Part shown: piece by piece, positions 40,930 to 55,300 of the stretch
Position numbering within the stretch: the stretch's first letter is position 1
Layout of the letters: each line of letters opens with the position of its first letter
Assembly: GCA_037379345.1 (NCBI GenBank)
Contig: CM074519.1
Span: 11,800,699 to 11,864,698 of the forward strand
Source of the DNA: Perna viridis
Lineage: Eukaryota
Reading direction: 5' to 3'
Length of the DNA stretch: 64,000 nt
Notes under the pieces: model-generated
The model's input: the letters and a program-made list of their open reading frames with translations, nothing else
Told to the model about the DNA's origin: nothing
The model's database searches: none
Program-made: the position numbers and the translations under genes

Positions 40930-41070
40930 AGACCTGGCATCAGTTTCATAAAAAGTCGTAAGTGTGAAATAGATCGTAAATCATGACGTCACAATGCTAT
41001 TTTAGTTTATGACGTCATTACTTACGATCAACTTTACACTTACGACTTTTTGGTGAAATCGAGACCTGGC
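40930..41070. mobile_element. Palindromic (foldback) MITE
   Basis: Two ~50-nt complementary arms (AAAAAGTCGTAAGTGT...GATCGTAA...TGACGTCA / TGACGTCA...TTACGATC...ACACTTACGACTTTTT); AGACCTGGC repeated at 40930-40938 and 41062-41070. Confidence 0.75.
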
Positions 41071-43715
41071 TGAAACTACTGAAAATTGATTAAATATGGC
41101 TGATGCTTTCAAATGTATAATGAAATCCTACAGTGAGAGTCCTAATTAACAGCACAAAGAGCTTTCTGTGGGAGAAAATCCCCCTCTCATCCCAGGCTAA
41201 CGATTCTATCAAAAATAGGAATAATTCTAGATACTACCAATGAATACATTGCTTGCTCAATTGGCCAGTTAAACACAAAACAAATTCTGATAAAAGCCAA
41301 TGGATAAAAGTTCTGTCAAGCTAATCATGATTAAGAGTTAAAAAAAGAAAAGACGTCAAATTACAAGATTGGTTTAAAAACAGATTTTACTAAGAAAGAA
41401 TTAAATTCAGCAAAAAAAAAATCTACATGTACTATAACATGTACGTGTATTATACATGTTGATTGAACTTTTTAAAACCATTTCTTACATGTTTTATGAT
41501 AGCATTCAATACCCCTGAATCATCGTTTTAGTTTTTCTGATAATTGAAAATTTTCTATTCATGTAACTGTCTCTTTAAAACCCTTTCAGTTTTAACTTTT
41601 CAAACCATAGGTGATAAATTAATGTCATTATTGAAAACTTGTCCAATTAAATTTACAAATAAGGCTATTTATTCCTAAATAAAAATGTAATAGTCCAAAT
41701 TTATCTAAATTTTGAAATCAATATGACATATTTATAAATGAGAATTACGTACAAAACAAATCAATATCACAATTGATAAAATGTAAGGATATTAATTTTC
41801 TACCTATATTGAACATTTGCCACAAGTTTAAACAAAAGCGGTCGAATAATTTCATTTGAGCAGCTTATATTTCTTATCACTACATCCCTGCTTAATACCA
41901 TTGATAAACACAGTTTTCGCGATCAGCCATATTGCTCCTAGAAAGGAAGGAATTTTGGCTCTCTTATGTCTGCCAAACAATAGCACTAGATCAAGCAGTA
42001 TATATACATTAGAATACGTATTGATCACTTAGTGGCCTGGACACGATTTAATTGAAACTCTTCAATTGCCTTCAATAAAAACGTCCTGATATTTTTCCGC
42101 TCGTTCAACGTTCAATTTCTATTTATGGTTGCCAAGTGTGGAGAAATAACTAGATATTGATTGTATAGTTGTCCGATGGTCAGGGAGATGATCGCTCAAT
42201 GCCTACATCTTCAAGATGAATGGCAGTGGTGACTTGATGAACTTGACCTTCCAACCACTAATAATGGCAGCCACATTGGGTCTTTAGAAATGTGAGGTAT
42301 ACCATGTGAACGAGTGAACCATGGACACATGGACACATCTGCCTTACAGGCATTAAGAAACAAGACCCTCAATTTACATATGAATGATTTTTTCACAAAG
42401 TAAAAAACATGGAGGTCATATAAAATGGTAATAAGTTTTTGTTTGACATTCACTGAAAGCTAACTCAATCAAGTCATGAATTAAAGATTGGAATTTAATT
42501 ATTATTCCTCGGAACGACATTTATTATCCCACTTTAGTGCAAAAGTATTACGTTGAATAAAAGTTCTAGTGATATTAAGCTATTTACATGTTACTTATGT
42601 AGGCTTTGGTAAGCAAAGTCGAGGGTGTATTAAGATTTTAAACGAAATTGAGTCATGATGCATTTTCTGTCAGACAAATCAATGTGAAAAGTACTTAGTT
42701 GGATCTCAGCGGCTCTGAAAAAAGTATATTGCACGACTGATCTGAAAGGGACAATAACAAAACAGATAAATGTAAAAATGGAGTCCTCTAAAGAATTGTT
42801 TTCTCTTAAACAATTTTCCAAGGAACACTAAATGAAATTTCTAAATTTGATCACAAATTGATTTTAAAAGCAAGATTCCATCACATTAAGGATGGCTACA
42901 ATCTCTCTCAAGTTTGCCTAATACACTTGATTAGCTTTGTCCCCGGCAAACAGCACATTTAAGTCAATTTATCGTTTTCTAACGATTTTCTCTCCGTCTT
43001 AAATGAACTGATGTAGAGGAATTTGTAAGGGATAGAATTTGCAGCTGGATGGCGCTTAAAAACCAAGCTGAAGAGGACAGAGTTCTTGGCAGTTCCAAGA
43101 GAGTTTGATTTAATTTTATAGCTTTCCACTGACAATTGTATCAACATCCCATTTACGTTTGGAATCAACTTCAAGGTTTTAAGGAAATTCTAAATTGCAT
43201 GTTTAAGAATATCAATAGCCAAGAATAGTGAACTACTGAACCGCTAAGTCTCCCCTCGGTTAGTATCAAAGTAACATATTCTATCCATTTCTTATATCCG
43301 ATCATCGATTTGCTGTAACAATAAAAGCTGACTTATCACACATATATGGCTCGCATGACAATGTAACATCAATAAAGTTCGGGAATGATTACAAGACGGA
43401 ACAAACCGCTTGTCTTCATATGCATGCAACAAATTCACGCTTCATGAAAGCTTTGTGGGAAAATGAACGATTCAAGATTCAAGTTGATAAGGACAAGGAA
43501 TCGAAGAATAGGCCTCCATACCTGTTTCATGCATTTGTTTTCGCTTCATAAAGTTTTTGTGGAAAATTGATTTAAGAATTACCGTAAAAAAAAAGGGCAA
43601 ACAAGAAAACAAGTGATTTGCCTGGTTATGACATAACAATGTTCATACTTCGAAAGATCAATGAATAGTTGGGAATAACCCTCACTGAAAAGTCTGAAAT
43701 ATGCAAACATTGAAC

Positions 43716-43788
43716 CCTGACTGAACAGTTAGGAATACTCCAATACTGACTCCTGACTGAACAGTTTGGAATACTCCAACATTGACTC
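43716..43788. repeat. 36-bp tandem duplication
   Basis: CCTGACTGAACAGTT(A/T)GGAATACTCCAA...TGACT twice with few mismatches. Confidence 0.85.
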
Positions 43789-44002
43789 TATACATATTTC
43801 TGACCATGACAATAGTAGAATGCATTAGGACAAATAAAAATGTATTTCATGACACATTTTACCAACCAAACTTGGAAATTAACAATAACATGGCTGATAA
43901 AAATTATTAAAGGACTTCAGTGTTTGAATTCAAATGTTCCTTCGGGAGCGTTTAAGGTTCACCTTCCTAATATTATAAAGTATCAAGAAATTAAGATCTA
44001 GT

Positions 44003-44202
44003 TACTGTGGTTATTTATAGTTTGTGGGGTACCTTTTTTTTTTTACTTTTATGGTTGAATCAAACCACAAATTCCAAATCCCAATGAAAAATTCAATTTC
44101 TAATGAAGGTCTAGCAAAATCCATGAATTCATGAATCAACGAAATATTTGAAATTTGACAAGCAATGAAAATTGATTCCCAGGAATAAAAGAACCTTCAC
44201 TG
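44003..44202. mobile_element. Diverged relative of the 30182 MITE
   Basis: Starts TACTGTGG...GGGGTACC, internal CCATGAATTCATGAATC and AAAATTGATTCCC, ends TTCACTG; similar length. Confidence 0.45.
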
Positions 44203-44524
44203 CACCTTTAGCAAATCAGCCCTAATCTTTATTTGACCAATCGTAAATTATCACCTTTAAATTACCATATAATAACAGATTATAATAAAAAATTGAAAAT
44301 ACTTTTAAGTATCTGTAGTATCATGCTAAAGATATGCTGCACTTCAATTCCACTCAACACTGAGAAGCAATCTCTCTCCAATTAATAATGTGATTGCTTG
44401 CAATGGAAATTGTCATTATATTTAATAACATCAAAGAAATAAATCTTGTAATTTGTATGAAGTGTAGGCAGTATCAGGACCCATCCATTTAGTAGAGGGT
44501 GATGTCAAAATGAGTTAATATGTT

Positions 44525-44719
44525 CCCTACCGGTGCACCTGGTCCATGCTCCCAGTTTTTAGTGGAGTCTGAGTTGCTCATTTGCTTTTGTTACTTTGTA
44601 TGTATGATTTTAGTTACTTTATGTTCTTCATGTGTATGTCTTTTTTCCATGTCTGGTCTTTGTCCCTGGACTACATTATTTTGATTACCACTATAACCTT
44701 GGTTCCTTTGATTACTCTT
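44525..44719 (+). mobile_element. Shorter copy of the same retroelement 3' end, opposite orientation
   Basis: CCCTACCGGTGCACCTGGTCCATGCTCCCAGTTTTTAGTGGAGT...TTGATTACTCTT aligns with the reverse complement of ~26376-26571; same terminus. Confidence 0.85.
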
Positions 44720-44723
44720 CCAA

Positions 44724-44978
44724 AATTGGCCCATTTCAGGGGTGTTAGTATCAAAGTCAGTACCTACTAAGATTGGTCCATTTAAAATTCAAGGGGGTGT
44801 TTTGTAAGCGAGTAAGTGTCTACAAGAATTGGTCTATTTCAGGGGTGCTCGTGTCAAGATAACCAAGTACCCCAAAGGATTGGTCCATGTGTCAAAAATA
44901 CCAAGTTCCTCTAAAGATTGATGCATTCAACCGGGTGTTCCTGTCAAAACAAGTAAGTACCTTAAAGGACTGTTCCAT
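44724..44978. repeat. Degenerate ~45-55-bp tandem array
   Basis: Five to six decayed units of ATTGGTCCATTT...GGGGTGTT...TCAA...AAGTACC, abutting the retroelement copy. Confidence 0.65.
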
Positions 44979-46791
44979 CTGAGGCATAAAAAGGGGTCTT
45001 AGGTTTTGATTCTTAAGCACATTTTATTGTCTTTACTGTTTAAAAGCAGACAGAAGTGACTAACATATTAAAGAAAAAAACATAACATGTGCTTACTAGG
45101 AACATTAAAAAAAGGGGTAAATGGATTATACAAAAAGTCTTGTTTATGTCATTCTTGACAAGTATGCTGACTTTTTCATGTAGGCCCACTGCATAGTCAC
45201 TTTAAACTATAATAAAATTCTTGTCCCTTTTACATCATTCTGTCGAAACAATGTTACAAAATATACAATTTCATTGCTCTTAAATTTTAAGGTAAATTCA
45301 TTACAATTCAAATCTATGATGATAGGAAGTTTAGGAAATTTGTATTGGTGTGAATAAAAAAAAAATCATTGTTCAGAACACCACAAACAGGGCAGACTGT
45401 ACTGAAAAAACAAGACAGACCACTCAACTTAAATTACACTATGGATTAAAATAAATAATCAGAAATAGTATATAAATTGAAGTCAACGCATAAAATTTCT
45501 TGAACATTTGTGTTTATAGCACGTCAAGACTTTACTTCTACATGAATCTACCTTTCTTACCATGCGTATATTGAAAGGTAATTTTTTTTTTTTTTTTTAT
45601 GCAGCTTCAAAGTTGCACAGTGGTTGACAGACTTTAAATCTGGATATCTCACTTCCATCACAGTAAATTGAAGGCTTGGCTTTGATGATCAAAGGTATTA
45701 ACTACTTTGTCGTCTATTTTAAGTTTAAACCATCATTCACTATCAGGACTGTTGTGAAATTTGAATCAACTTAATAAGTGTCATTTATTCTATTCAAGGC
45801 CTTTTAACATGATTTTTTTCCTTAATCTTTTCCCCCTAGAGTCAAGTATATATATTACATACAATATTAATGACTAATTGTAATTAATACACAAATGAAA
45901 TTGGTTTTCCCTAATTTAAAAATCTCACTGACACTTTTATCACATTAAAAATATGAAATTATGTTTTCTTCACATCCTTTGAGTTACTGCTCATAAATTT
46001 TTCATTTTTTAAAGCAGTGAGGGAATACAAATTTGGATATTGATAATACTATAGAATTGGATAGCATTTTTTTTCAAAATCTTTTTATGTGACAGCAACA
46101 AAATGATACAGTTAATAAATTTTATGGTAATGGAAGTACATATAATTGGAGCAAATTAAGTAAAGTGGTCGAAGATGATTATCATTTAATTTTCTTATGT
46201 CATTTACATTCTAATTCTCACAATCAAGGAATGTCATCTAAATAGGACACTTGTAAAACATTTTACTGTTAAAATGTATGGCACAAAGCTGCACTTCCTT
46301 CATGGTAAAAATGGCATGGCAAAATGTTGGTTTTTTGCTAAATCAAAACATTTATGAAATGCTCAGCTAAATCTATTTAAAAATTGAATTGAAACCAAGC
46401 ATAAAATCTATTGAAAAATCCCATAATAGTGTAGGAAACATCTGATATTAATTATCACTGAAAATCACTAACTGTGTTAGCATATCATTTTATTTCAATA
46501 TATTGCTTTTTCAATTGACACAGAACATTTCAGGACTGTAGCTGAATACTTCCTCAAACACAGTTAATATTCCTATCAATGCATTCACTTTTGATACAGC
46601 ACCAATTTCTCAAAGCAAAACTTCATCAAATCAGTCATTTTTATATGTCTAAAAGGTAAGAATATGCAAAAATTTTAAAAAGAACAATGATTTAGCAAAA
46701 ATAGTCAACTTGATGATGTTTTGTGACTCATCCCTTAGACCCCCAACAAGGCACAGAATAAAGGGTTAAGAAGTAAGATTATCACACTTAC

Positions 46792-46833
46792 CTTTGGCTG
46801 TGCTTTTCTTGGGAATGCTACTTTAGGATCAAC
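46792..46833 (-). CDS. msi: Musashi exon 5 (VDPKVAFPRKAQPK; end of RRM1 and linker), 42 nt
   Basis: Acceptor atatcctcag|, donor AAG|gtaagt. Matches Musashi IDPKVAFPRRAQPK. Confidence 0.97.
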
Positions 46834-49800
46834 CTGAGGATATAGATACCAGAGATTGTTAGAATCCATTGCCATTGCAGTGCAAAATATAAACACTAGC
46901 TAAAAATATGTCCACTGTATAAAAAATACAATACTTGTAATAAACTGGTAGAAACAATATGTCTTTGTCAATCGAACACTTTTATGACCTTCTGACAAGT
47001 GGTGGACAAAACAAGACAGTCCTTTTTTATGTGGTCGTCAATATTGTTGTTGGTTCACAGACTTTCTGGCGATTTCAAAATACTTTTAACACCTAAGTCG
47101 GGTGGCTTCTATAAACAGTGGAAGAATAGTGGTGCCAGTGTTATTCGATAATTGTGAGATGATGTCCCAAAAATATTGATGGCGGCTTTTGGAATTGTCC
47201 CAAAGAAGTCTCCGATGTTATAGTGAGCTGGTACAAAGAAGTCCCAGTGAGATGAAATGTAATAACAGTTTAGTTAATATTTACTCTCTAACTATACACC
47301 AGACTGTGAAAATTTGTCGTGAACCAATTAAAACGTTGATTTTTCTGAGGACCTATGCTTCAACGTCACTCAACACACAAATGAATTGTTTGGACATTGT
47401 AAAATGTATTGAACAGTTTTAAAGGATCGTTATAGGCATACAATAGAACATATGTGGACGTATGAGACTTTTTCCCATCAAATTTTTAAATGTATAAGTA
47501 AACATTTGTTGGAGAAGATCGAAAGAAAGGCGTGCATCCTCAACTGTCAGTAACAGTTGGGGTATTGAATGAAAATCCATTCATTGTTCAATAACATAGA
47601 GCCTGCCATTACCAGGCCCATTATAAAAAGCTTTTCTAAACAAAAGCCACAATCAGATCCCAGAAAAAAACGCACAATGGTGGATTTTAGAAAACAGGAA
47701 CAAAATGCAATAATTTAAACAAGTAAGTGTTTGGTAAATACCTGAACAATGAGTTAGGGTAATATCACTTCAATTTATTGTAATCTTAAGCCATTGTTTG
47801 TAAGCAATTAATTTTAGATCAATTTTAATATAAAATATAATTTCAGCTAGATGTAAACAAAGGGAACTTCTATTATAAACATAAGAAATGATCCAGGCCA
47901 TATGCCTGCATTATGAAGCTAGAATTCGTGACTATAGTTGTTTTTTTAGGTCATTGGTGAGTTTTAATGCATCTTTTGTTTAGAGATACACGTCAGAAAA
48001 GCAACAGGAATTCAATTGTATTTCATTACTTCTTAAAAATGGCTTTTCTAATTATAATTCTCCACTAAAATGCTTTACTTAATAGCAAGGGTTTATAACA
48101 GATTTTTTACACTTTGCTCTTAATCAGCATTTTTGTATCTCAGATTAATTTCTCGAATATCGTAACTATAAATTTATCTGTATGCTTAAGTTCAAATCTA
48201 AAATATACATGAAGTGAAATTAGCTTTTAGTACATGTACATGCACATTTTCACAAAGGTGTGAATTGTTATTTTTCTAAAGCCAACTTAGTTTTTTACTA
48301 TTTTTTTGTTTGTTAAGAGTTTAATCACCCAAAATGCACTCGAATTTTGTATGGAAATAAATGCAAAATTTAAATTTTTTGCACATAAAATTATATCCCT
48401 AATAAATTCTTTCTTGTCAGACATGTTTTGTAACTTTGATCAAAGTTTAAAAACACCTACTCAAATATATTAGGACATTTCCTATCCAAATAAAATTAAG
48501 ATATTACATGAATATTTGACACAATATGACAGAAAACAGGTTAAGATACCTTTTTATTACTGATGATTCATATTTTGTCAAACCCAATATACAAATTTTA
48601 GTACATGTATACATGTCAAAGCAATGGAGAGGGGAGGTAACTCTATTTGCAAATTGTCCTACTAAGTTCATTTAATGTCCACCTATAGATGTATAAGATT
48701 ACATGTATGTATATTTGTGATTATGCTCCATTTATATACAATACATGTATATTGCTGGAAAATATCAAATTTATTTGAGGAGTTTTAGAAACAGTCAGAT
48801 TATGAGGACTCCCTGAGTTAATCAATCTTACAAGCGTGGTGGTCAATGTGGCCACCTTTAAAATAGTTAACTGTTTCCATTGCTCATAACTGAAAAGGTA
48901 ACCAGGAGATGATAATATGCAGAGGAGGAATAAAGCTTGAATCATTCAACACCCTTTATTTGTATAGTAGAAAGCTTGGTTGCTGAATAAAATAAAATGA
49001 ATAAATTCATCATGTTTATTTTTGAACAACATCCCTAAGATCCAAACATTTTTAAAAGAAAATATAAACATGAAACTGTACATGTACTATAAAACTACTG
49101 GTATTCAGAATTATTTTTTGTCTATGTACAAAAATTATTAAACTATTGAGGCATGAAAAATGACCTCAATCTAAGAAAAACAAAATTCTTAAACACATAA
49201 TGTTTTTAAGACTTTTTCAAAACATTGGATTTTCACAAGGTTATAAAAACATTGGCATTTTAACTTCAAAGGATATCTGGAACTCTTTTATGTCAAAATT
49301 GAACATAATCTTTGAATTAGGACACTAACTGCCTTAGGCCCAAAAAAATACAAAAGGTTTTCTTGACCAAAAATAATCATTGCCCAAACTAGAGATGGTT
49401 ATCTCTTCTTTAGCTACTGCAAATCTTTACAATTATCTTTTTGTTATCTTAAATGCCTAATTACCCACAAAACAAATTAGAAGATGACATAATGTGACAA
49501 GACTGTCTTATTATTGCATGTCGTAATTTACATAAAATGTACATCTGAAATTGATGACACAATTTAGGTAGTAACAATACTAATATTTACTGCTTACAAT
49601 TTGTTATGAACAAGTTCAATTCAATTTTCCATTAGTTAGGGTAATGAGAAAACTTGAGTGATTGTGGGTGTATGGGAAATGAACATGTAATTCAATTAGC
49701 AAGAACTTCACTTTTACTTTCTAGAAAATATATAGTTTAATTATATGTTTGTAAGTATGCTGGAATTACAATGTAGGTGAATTTTCTCAAGTTCTGAAAT

Positions 49801-50018
49801 ATTGTTATTCCTCAAGAGTGGATACCAATACTGACATACAGTAGGATGTGCTGACTGACCAAATAGGAGGCACACACCATCACACTTCAGTGATTTTCAT
49901 TCATTTCAGACAATTTTTTGGGGGAAAACTGGAGGGTGCAGGACCTGACATGTCATGCCTGTATCTCCCTTTGATAAAATTGTAGGTATTTTGCTAGAGT
50001 TAGAAATGTTAACCATAC

Positions 50019-50103
50019 CACTTTGGAATCTAGTTCATGTGGACATGCTTTGAGCACCTTGTCAACATCATTAGGATCTTGAAAGGTGACGAAACCAAAA
50101 CCC
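50019..50103 (-). CDS. msi: Musashi exon 4 (GFGFVTFQDPNDVDKVLKACPHELDSKV; RRM1 RNP1), 85 nt
   Basis: Acceptor tttgttttcag|, donor |gtatgg. RGFGFVTF RNP1 and HELDSK motif; lies within ORF 49953..50222. Confidence 0.97.
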
Positions 50104-53100
50104 CTGAAAACAAATTTAAAACACAAGATTAGTAAAGCATCAAAAAATAATGCATGTACACGACAAAGACAAGAAAATTGGAAGAAAAAAACCAGCCATA
50201 ACATGTATGATATTACATACAAACATGGTACTTAATGTAAGAAAACAAGTGCATGAAATCCAATGAATTATTGGCCCATATTTATTTCTTTATACTTCTT
50301 TTAATATGATGAAGCACATTTTAAGTATGAATATTCTATCTTGAATACAAATTATCATAATAATAAACTTGTATTGTGTAAATGTGTGGGATTTACTTGT
50401 GGGATCAATCAGTGCCCTAGTCTGTGGTCTGTGGTGTGATATATGTGTTTTAAACGCTTTCCAGAACACTAGTTAAATTATGTGTACTGGTAATTTTAAG
50501 TCGCCAATTGACTGCCATATTTTGACAGATACATGTACATGCAGGATGTAAAATCTTAAAATGTGGAAACTCAATCTTAGTTTCAAGACCAACAATGAAC
50601 TTGAGTTTAAAGAATGGCCAATTATAGGTGATTTATTTCGTCAATCCACAGAAATTTCACAATTAACCATAAAGACATCAATTCTAAGTATATACACACT
50701 ACACAATTAAAGGGTAGTCTGAGAAACAATATACATGTTTGGCAACAAAAATATACAAAGAACCCAGAAAAAAACAAAGGTAGTTTTGCTCAGTTTTTAA
50801 GAGTATGCGTACACAGTATATCTTTAACAGTATAAGTTTGCATGTTATAGAATAAGTTACAACTAACACTTTTCCAATTCTTTATTATCCATCTTAACCT
50901 AATCATAAAATAACCAAATAAAACAATCCTATGGTTAAAGTTGAACTTGGTTTTTACAGTGACCCTACCCCCTCCTTTTTGTACCATTAACACTTACAGT
51001 AAACTAAGGGATAACTCAATTTCATCTGCATTCCATCGCATTCTGATGAAAGAAATCAACACCTTTGAGTCTGATTTCATCTCACCATTTATCATATCTT
51101 GTGGATTATAAATCATATGCCTATGTAAACTGGCTGTCGGCCGAACAGCTGGATCTAAACTCAATCATATTATATTCTCCTTAAATGAAAGGGGCAACTT
51201 TCTCCATTGAAAGCATCCAAATTGAAATATACGCTCTACTTTTTAAAGCTTTTTTTTTTTAATTTTTCCATGACAGATTGTATAAAAATAACAGGGACAT
51301 AATTTGAAGGTCATCTTAGACAAAGTTGAGGGCAGTAGAAATAATGCAAATGTTTATACATGTACATGTAGGTGGTAAATAAATATATTAAGAAATGGCT
51401 TCATCTTTTTAAACTGAACTATTCACATGTAGCTAAAGGAGTATGTTCAGAAAATGTCAAAAATCAGCCCCAAAAACCAAAGTGTTTCAAATAAATTTGA
51501 TAATTGTATAATTTACTATTTGAATATATGCCTTCGTTAAAAAACAAAGTTTCATGGCTGTTAATGTCTGTGTTTCACTAAAATTGTAGATGAAAATAAA
51601 GCAAAATCAGAAAATAAAGTCGAATTGTGTTAGGGTGCATTTGTTGAACTCTTTGATATTTATACAAAAATAGCCTTCTATACTATCACAACTTCTGACA
51701 AAAGATTGTGTTGTTCATAGCTTACACTCTATATTCTTGGATTAAAAAATATACCCCTAATCCTCTCATTTATGTGAAAATTTCTTGAAAACTTTGTGGA
51801 AGTAGTGTTTTGTACCCTCCTTGTTACTAAATTATGACCCAATAGCTTGTATTTTCTGCATATTAGTATTCAGATAATATTTTAACTTTAAAAAAGGCAA
51901 TTAGAAAATTTCAAATTGTAAGTTGAAATTTCATGAAAATAAGAAACAAGAGTTAGTGAATTTACTCCTTTAGAAACTGTAAGACTAACAAAACAATTAA
52001 ATTGTTAGAAAAAGGAAGGTAAAAAGACTTCCACTACCAAAACAATCTCTATAAATGTAGTTTGAAGTACATTGCCATTTAGCTGTTGAACATGTACATA
52101 AAATGTACATGTACACTAGAAACTTTACAACTGAAGTACAAAAAACATGGTGGGCAAACATTTTTTCGTAAACAAAGCATTTTCTAAAGCAAATAATGAT
52201 TAAATAGTGATAAAATTGATTGACTTCATTGTGCCCTCCCAAATAAAATTCTTAACTTTACCCATAATTACATCCCCAATTGACCTTGACAAAATCACAG
52301 TCTTTAACAGTCCACCTGTATGTTTATTGGATAATACTATCAAATTCACATCCAAACATTGATTAAAGTCACAATAAATCCATGTATTAGATTCCATTAG
52401 GGTATGTAGGACTAACATTAATCTCTGAAATTTACAACCCAACAATAAATACATGTATTGTAGTAAATTTTTAATGTTTAATTTCTGACAAAGGTCCCTG
52501 TATGCATTAAATGCATTTAACTGCATCGTGTATGCACAGATGAATGATAAAAGATAATTTCCTATTTTTACCTTAATACAATATAAGTATAATGAACAAT
52601 CAACATTTATAATAATAGCGGCAATGTGAATACATGTTATAGCACTTTAATACATCTTTTTGAAATTGGAATAAAAATTGGCTCAAACAAAAGAGATTTG
52701 TTTTCCCATGTATCATTTGTTTCGTCTCCATGACTTCCTACACTTTTTCTGAATGTTAAACAATTTATAATAAAATATGCTACATTTTAACCTAACAATT
52801 AAACCACAATGCATCAAAGTGTAAACTAACAATGTTTCTCACAGCTTTTTAGAAATTATTTTTAAAATTTAACATGACTTATGCCCATTTTGCATTGTTA
52901 TAACAAGTCTTTGAAATTTCCCAATGAATAATTATCAGAATTTTTATTAATTTTCATGTCGTAGTTTATCAATTTGAGTTTATTATGCACTTTTCTCCAT
53001 TTTTTTGAATATTTTGCCAGACAAAGAAAGCTTTTTAGACAAAGCTTCCCATTACCTGTAATTACATGTACAACATATATATCGAAATGATGATATACAT

Positions 53101-55004
53101 GTAAGTCTTAATTTAAATGAAAGACATACTTTTCAAATGTATCTACCAAAAGATAAGCTCTTTACATTTTAGAAATTGTACATGTAGAAATTGCAATAAC
53201 ACATGCAGAAAGCATCCTTGCTTGTCAAATTTATATTTTCAAAAAAGCAGATGCACTTAGAATTCAACAAAACACAAAGAAAATCATTTTTATCAAAACA
53301 AAGAAGTTTTCGACTTTTCAAGGGTATTACGTAAGACAACTCCCACAACTTAAGTACGATAAAATAAATGGGTGAGTTTATCGCCTTTGGTCTTATATCA
53401 AAGAAATCGAAGATTTCTCAGATCTTTGAAATTCTTCCCCAACCATATGCAAAAAGATGTTCCCTTGCCAACTTAAACTTTCCCATGCCTCTGCAATCAT
53501 GTGTGCCGATGCTTTTTCAATTGATGATACACCTAATTCAAGAGATAATTACCATTTTCTAATCATCGTTAGGTATGCCTAAGTAGTCTTACTCTGTAAC
53601 TTCCGCTAATTGTTAATAGCTAATTCAAGAGCTACTTCAATCGTTATATTTTTTCTCTTCCCGCAGTTTTAATGGCAAATTAATCCTAAAGGTTATTAAT
53701 AAATGTCATAATGCGTGCGAAAATCCAGCAACAAAATCATAGTGTGGATTCTTTCATGGACAAGACTATATGTATGTACATGTATACATAATACTTGATC
53801 CATTATTTGCCATATTATAAATTTCCAAGTGACTTCATTTTAAAATTATCTGTTTTTAATGTGGTGGGAAACATGAAGTCATTTCATCTTATATTTACAA
53901 AATTTACACAACATTTATTTCTTAAAGGCAGTTTTACTGTGTGCCTCATATTCAACTTTTAATCTGCATTCCTCAATCAGCTGTGATGTTGGCATGGCAA
54001 ACTATGCTAATCTAATGGCTGCTATTTCTTTACATGTAGGATAACATATGTGTATATTGCATGTTTATCTCACAGAATCCAACTGTTCTGTGTACAGTCA
54101 TGCCTCAGTATTAGTTTAAACATTTCTTTTTAATTTTTTAGCCTGAACCTTTTTTTTTCAAAAAATAATGATGCTCATGTTCATTTGAAATCATACCATT
54201 TTGCCTAATTTACAACAGCTAGATAATTATTGAAATGCTACAGACTAGTTGGACAACTTAGGGCTTTATCGAATGCAGGAGCACAATACCACCAATTAAT
54301 TCTTCCTGCTGGTATACATTACATTAATTTGATTGTTGAAAATGTAACTTTTTTATATCTCACAGCGAAATTCACAGGCAAAAGGCATACCCCAGTAAGC
54401 ACAGACAAGATTACAAAACAAGTTTTGTGGCTCAAGCCTGAATGTGACCGTAATAAAACTGCCTCCACATCCTAGTTAAGTAAGTAAAAAGTTAAAACTT
54501 TCTGGCAGGAGTTCTGATAATATCTAATCCTCAAGAACAGCAAATGTTGTGAAGTCCTTAAATTATTCTTCCTATAGTTTAAAAATAACAACGACATTTG
54601 AAATTTACCAAGTCAAAATTGTTTGGAATATTGAAAATCATTCAGACATTGCAATCCATCACGAAACAACTTACATTTCAACATACAATGAAGGAAATAA
54701 ATGTAAAAATATGATAAAAAGATAAAGAGAATTTGAAATACATGTACATGCACACTATGTACCACATGAACAAAAGAAACTAACTTCTATACCACAGAAA
54801 AATTATAATGTACTTTTCTCGGTATTCAACCCTCTTACATGAAAACCAAAGAATGGACATTTCTTTTAACTTTTAATCTCTCAGTTCAGTATCTAAGTAA
54901 TGACTTTGAACATGTATATTGCTGATAGCCAGTTAAAAAAATATAAACAAGATGGTTTTGTTATATTGATATTGTGTTAAAAATGGGGGGGAGGGGGGGG
55001 GGAT

Positions 55005-55300
55005 TATAGTAAAATCCGTCTAAACCAAAATCCTTCTGGACTTAAAAATTGGTTTGGTTTAGACAAGTGTTTGGTTTAGAGAGGTGTTTGGCTTAGACAG
55101 GTCTTTGGTTTAGACAGGTCTTTGGTTCACCAAGGTTCAAAATACATTCAAATTGATATAAAGGAATTTTCAAAAATGTCTGGTTTAGACAGGGCTTCAG
55201 GTTATTCAGGGTTCAGTTTAGACTGGGCTTCAGATTATTTGGGGTTCAGTTTAGAAAGGGCTTCGTTTATTCAGGGTTCAGTTTAGATAGGTTTCACTGT
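55005..55300. mobile_element. MITE (pogo/Tc1-like ends) with internal tandem repeats
   Basis: Left TATAGTAAAATCCGTCTAAAC, right GTTTAGATAGGTTTCACTGT. Internal ~17-nt (TTTGGTTTAGACAGGTC) and ~33-nt (GTTTAGACAGGGCTTCAGGTTATTCAGGGTTCA) repeat units. Confidence 0.75.

Noticed and set aside
51043-51090. Hammerhead ribozyme-like CTGATGA...GAAA
   Set aside because: No stem II and no stem I complementarity; other CTGATGA sites I inspected also lack the fold.
54985-55002. G-run as a G-quadruplex element
   Set aside because: Simple homopolymer abutting a MITE; no functional evidence.
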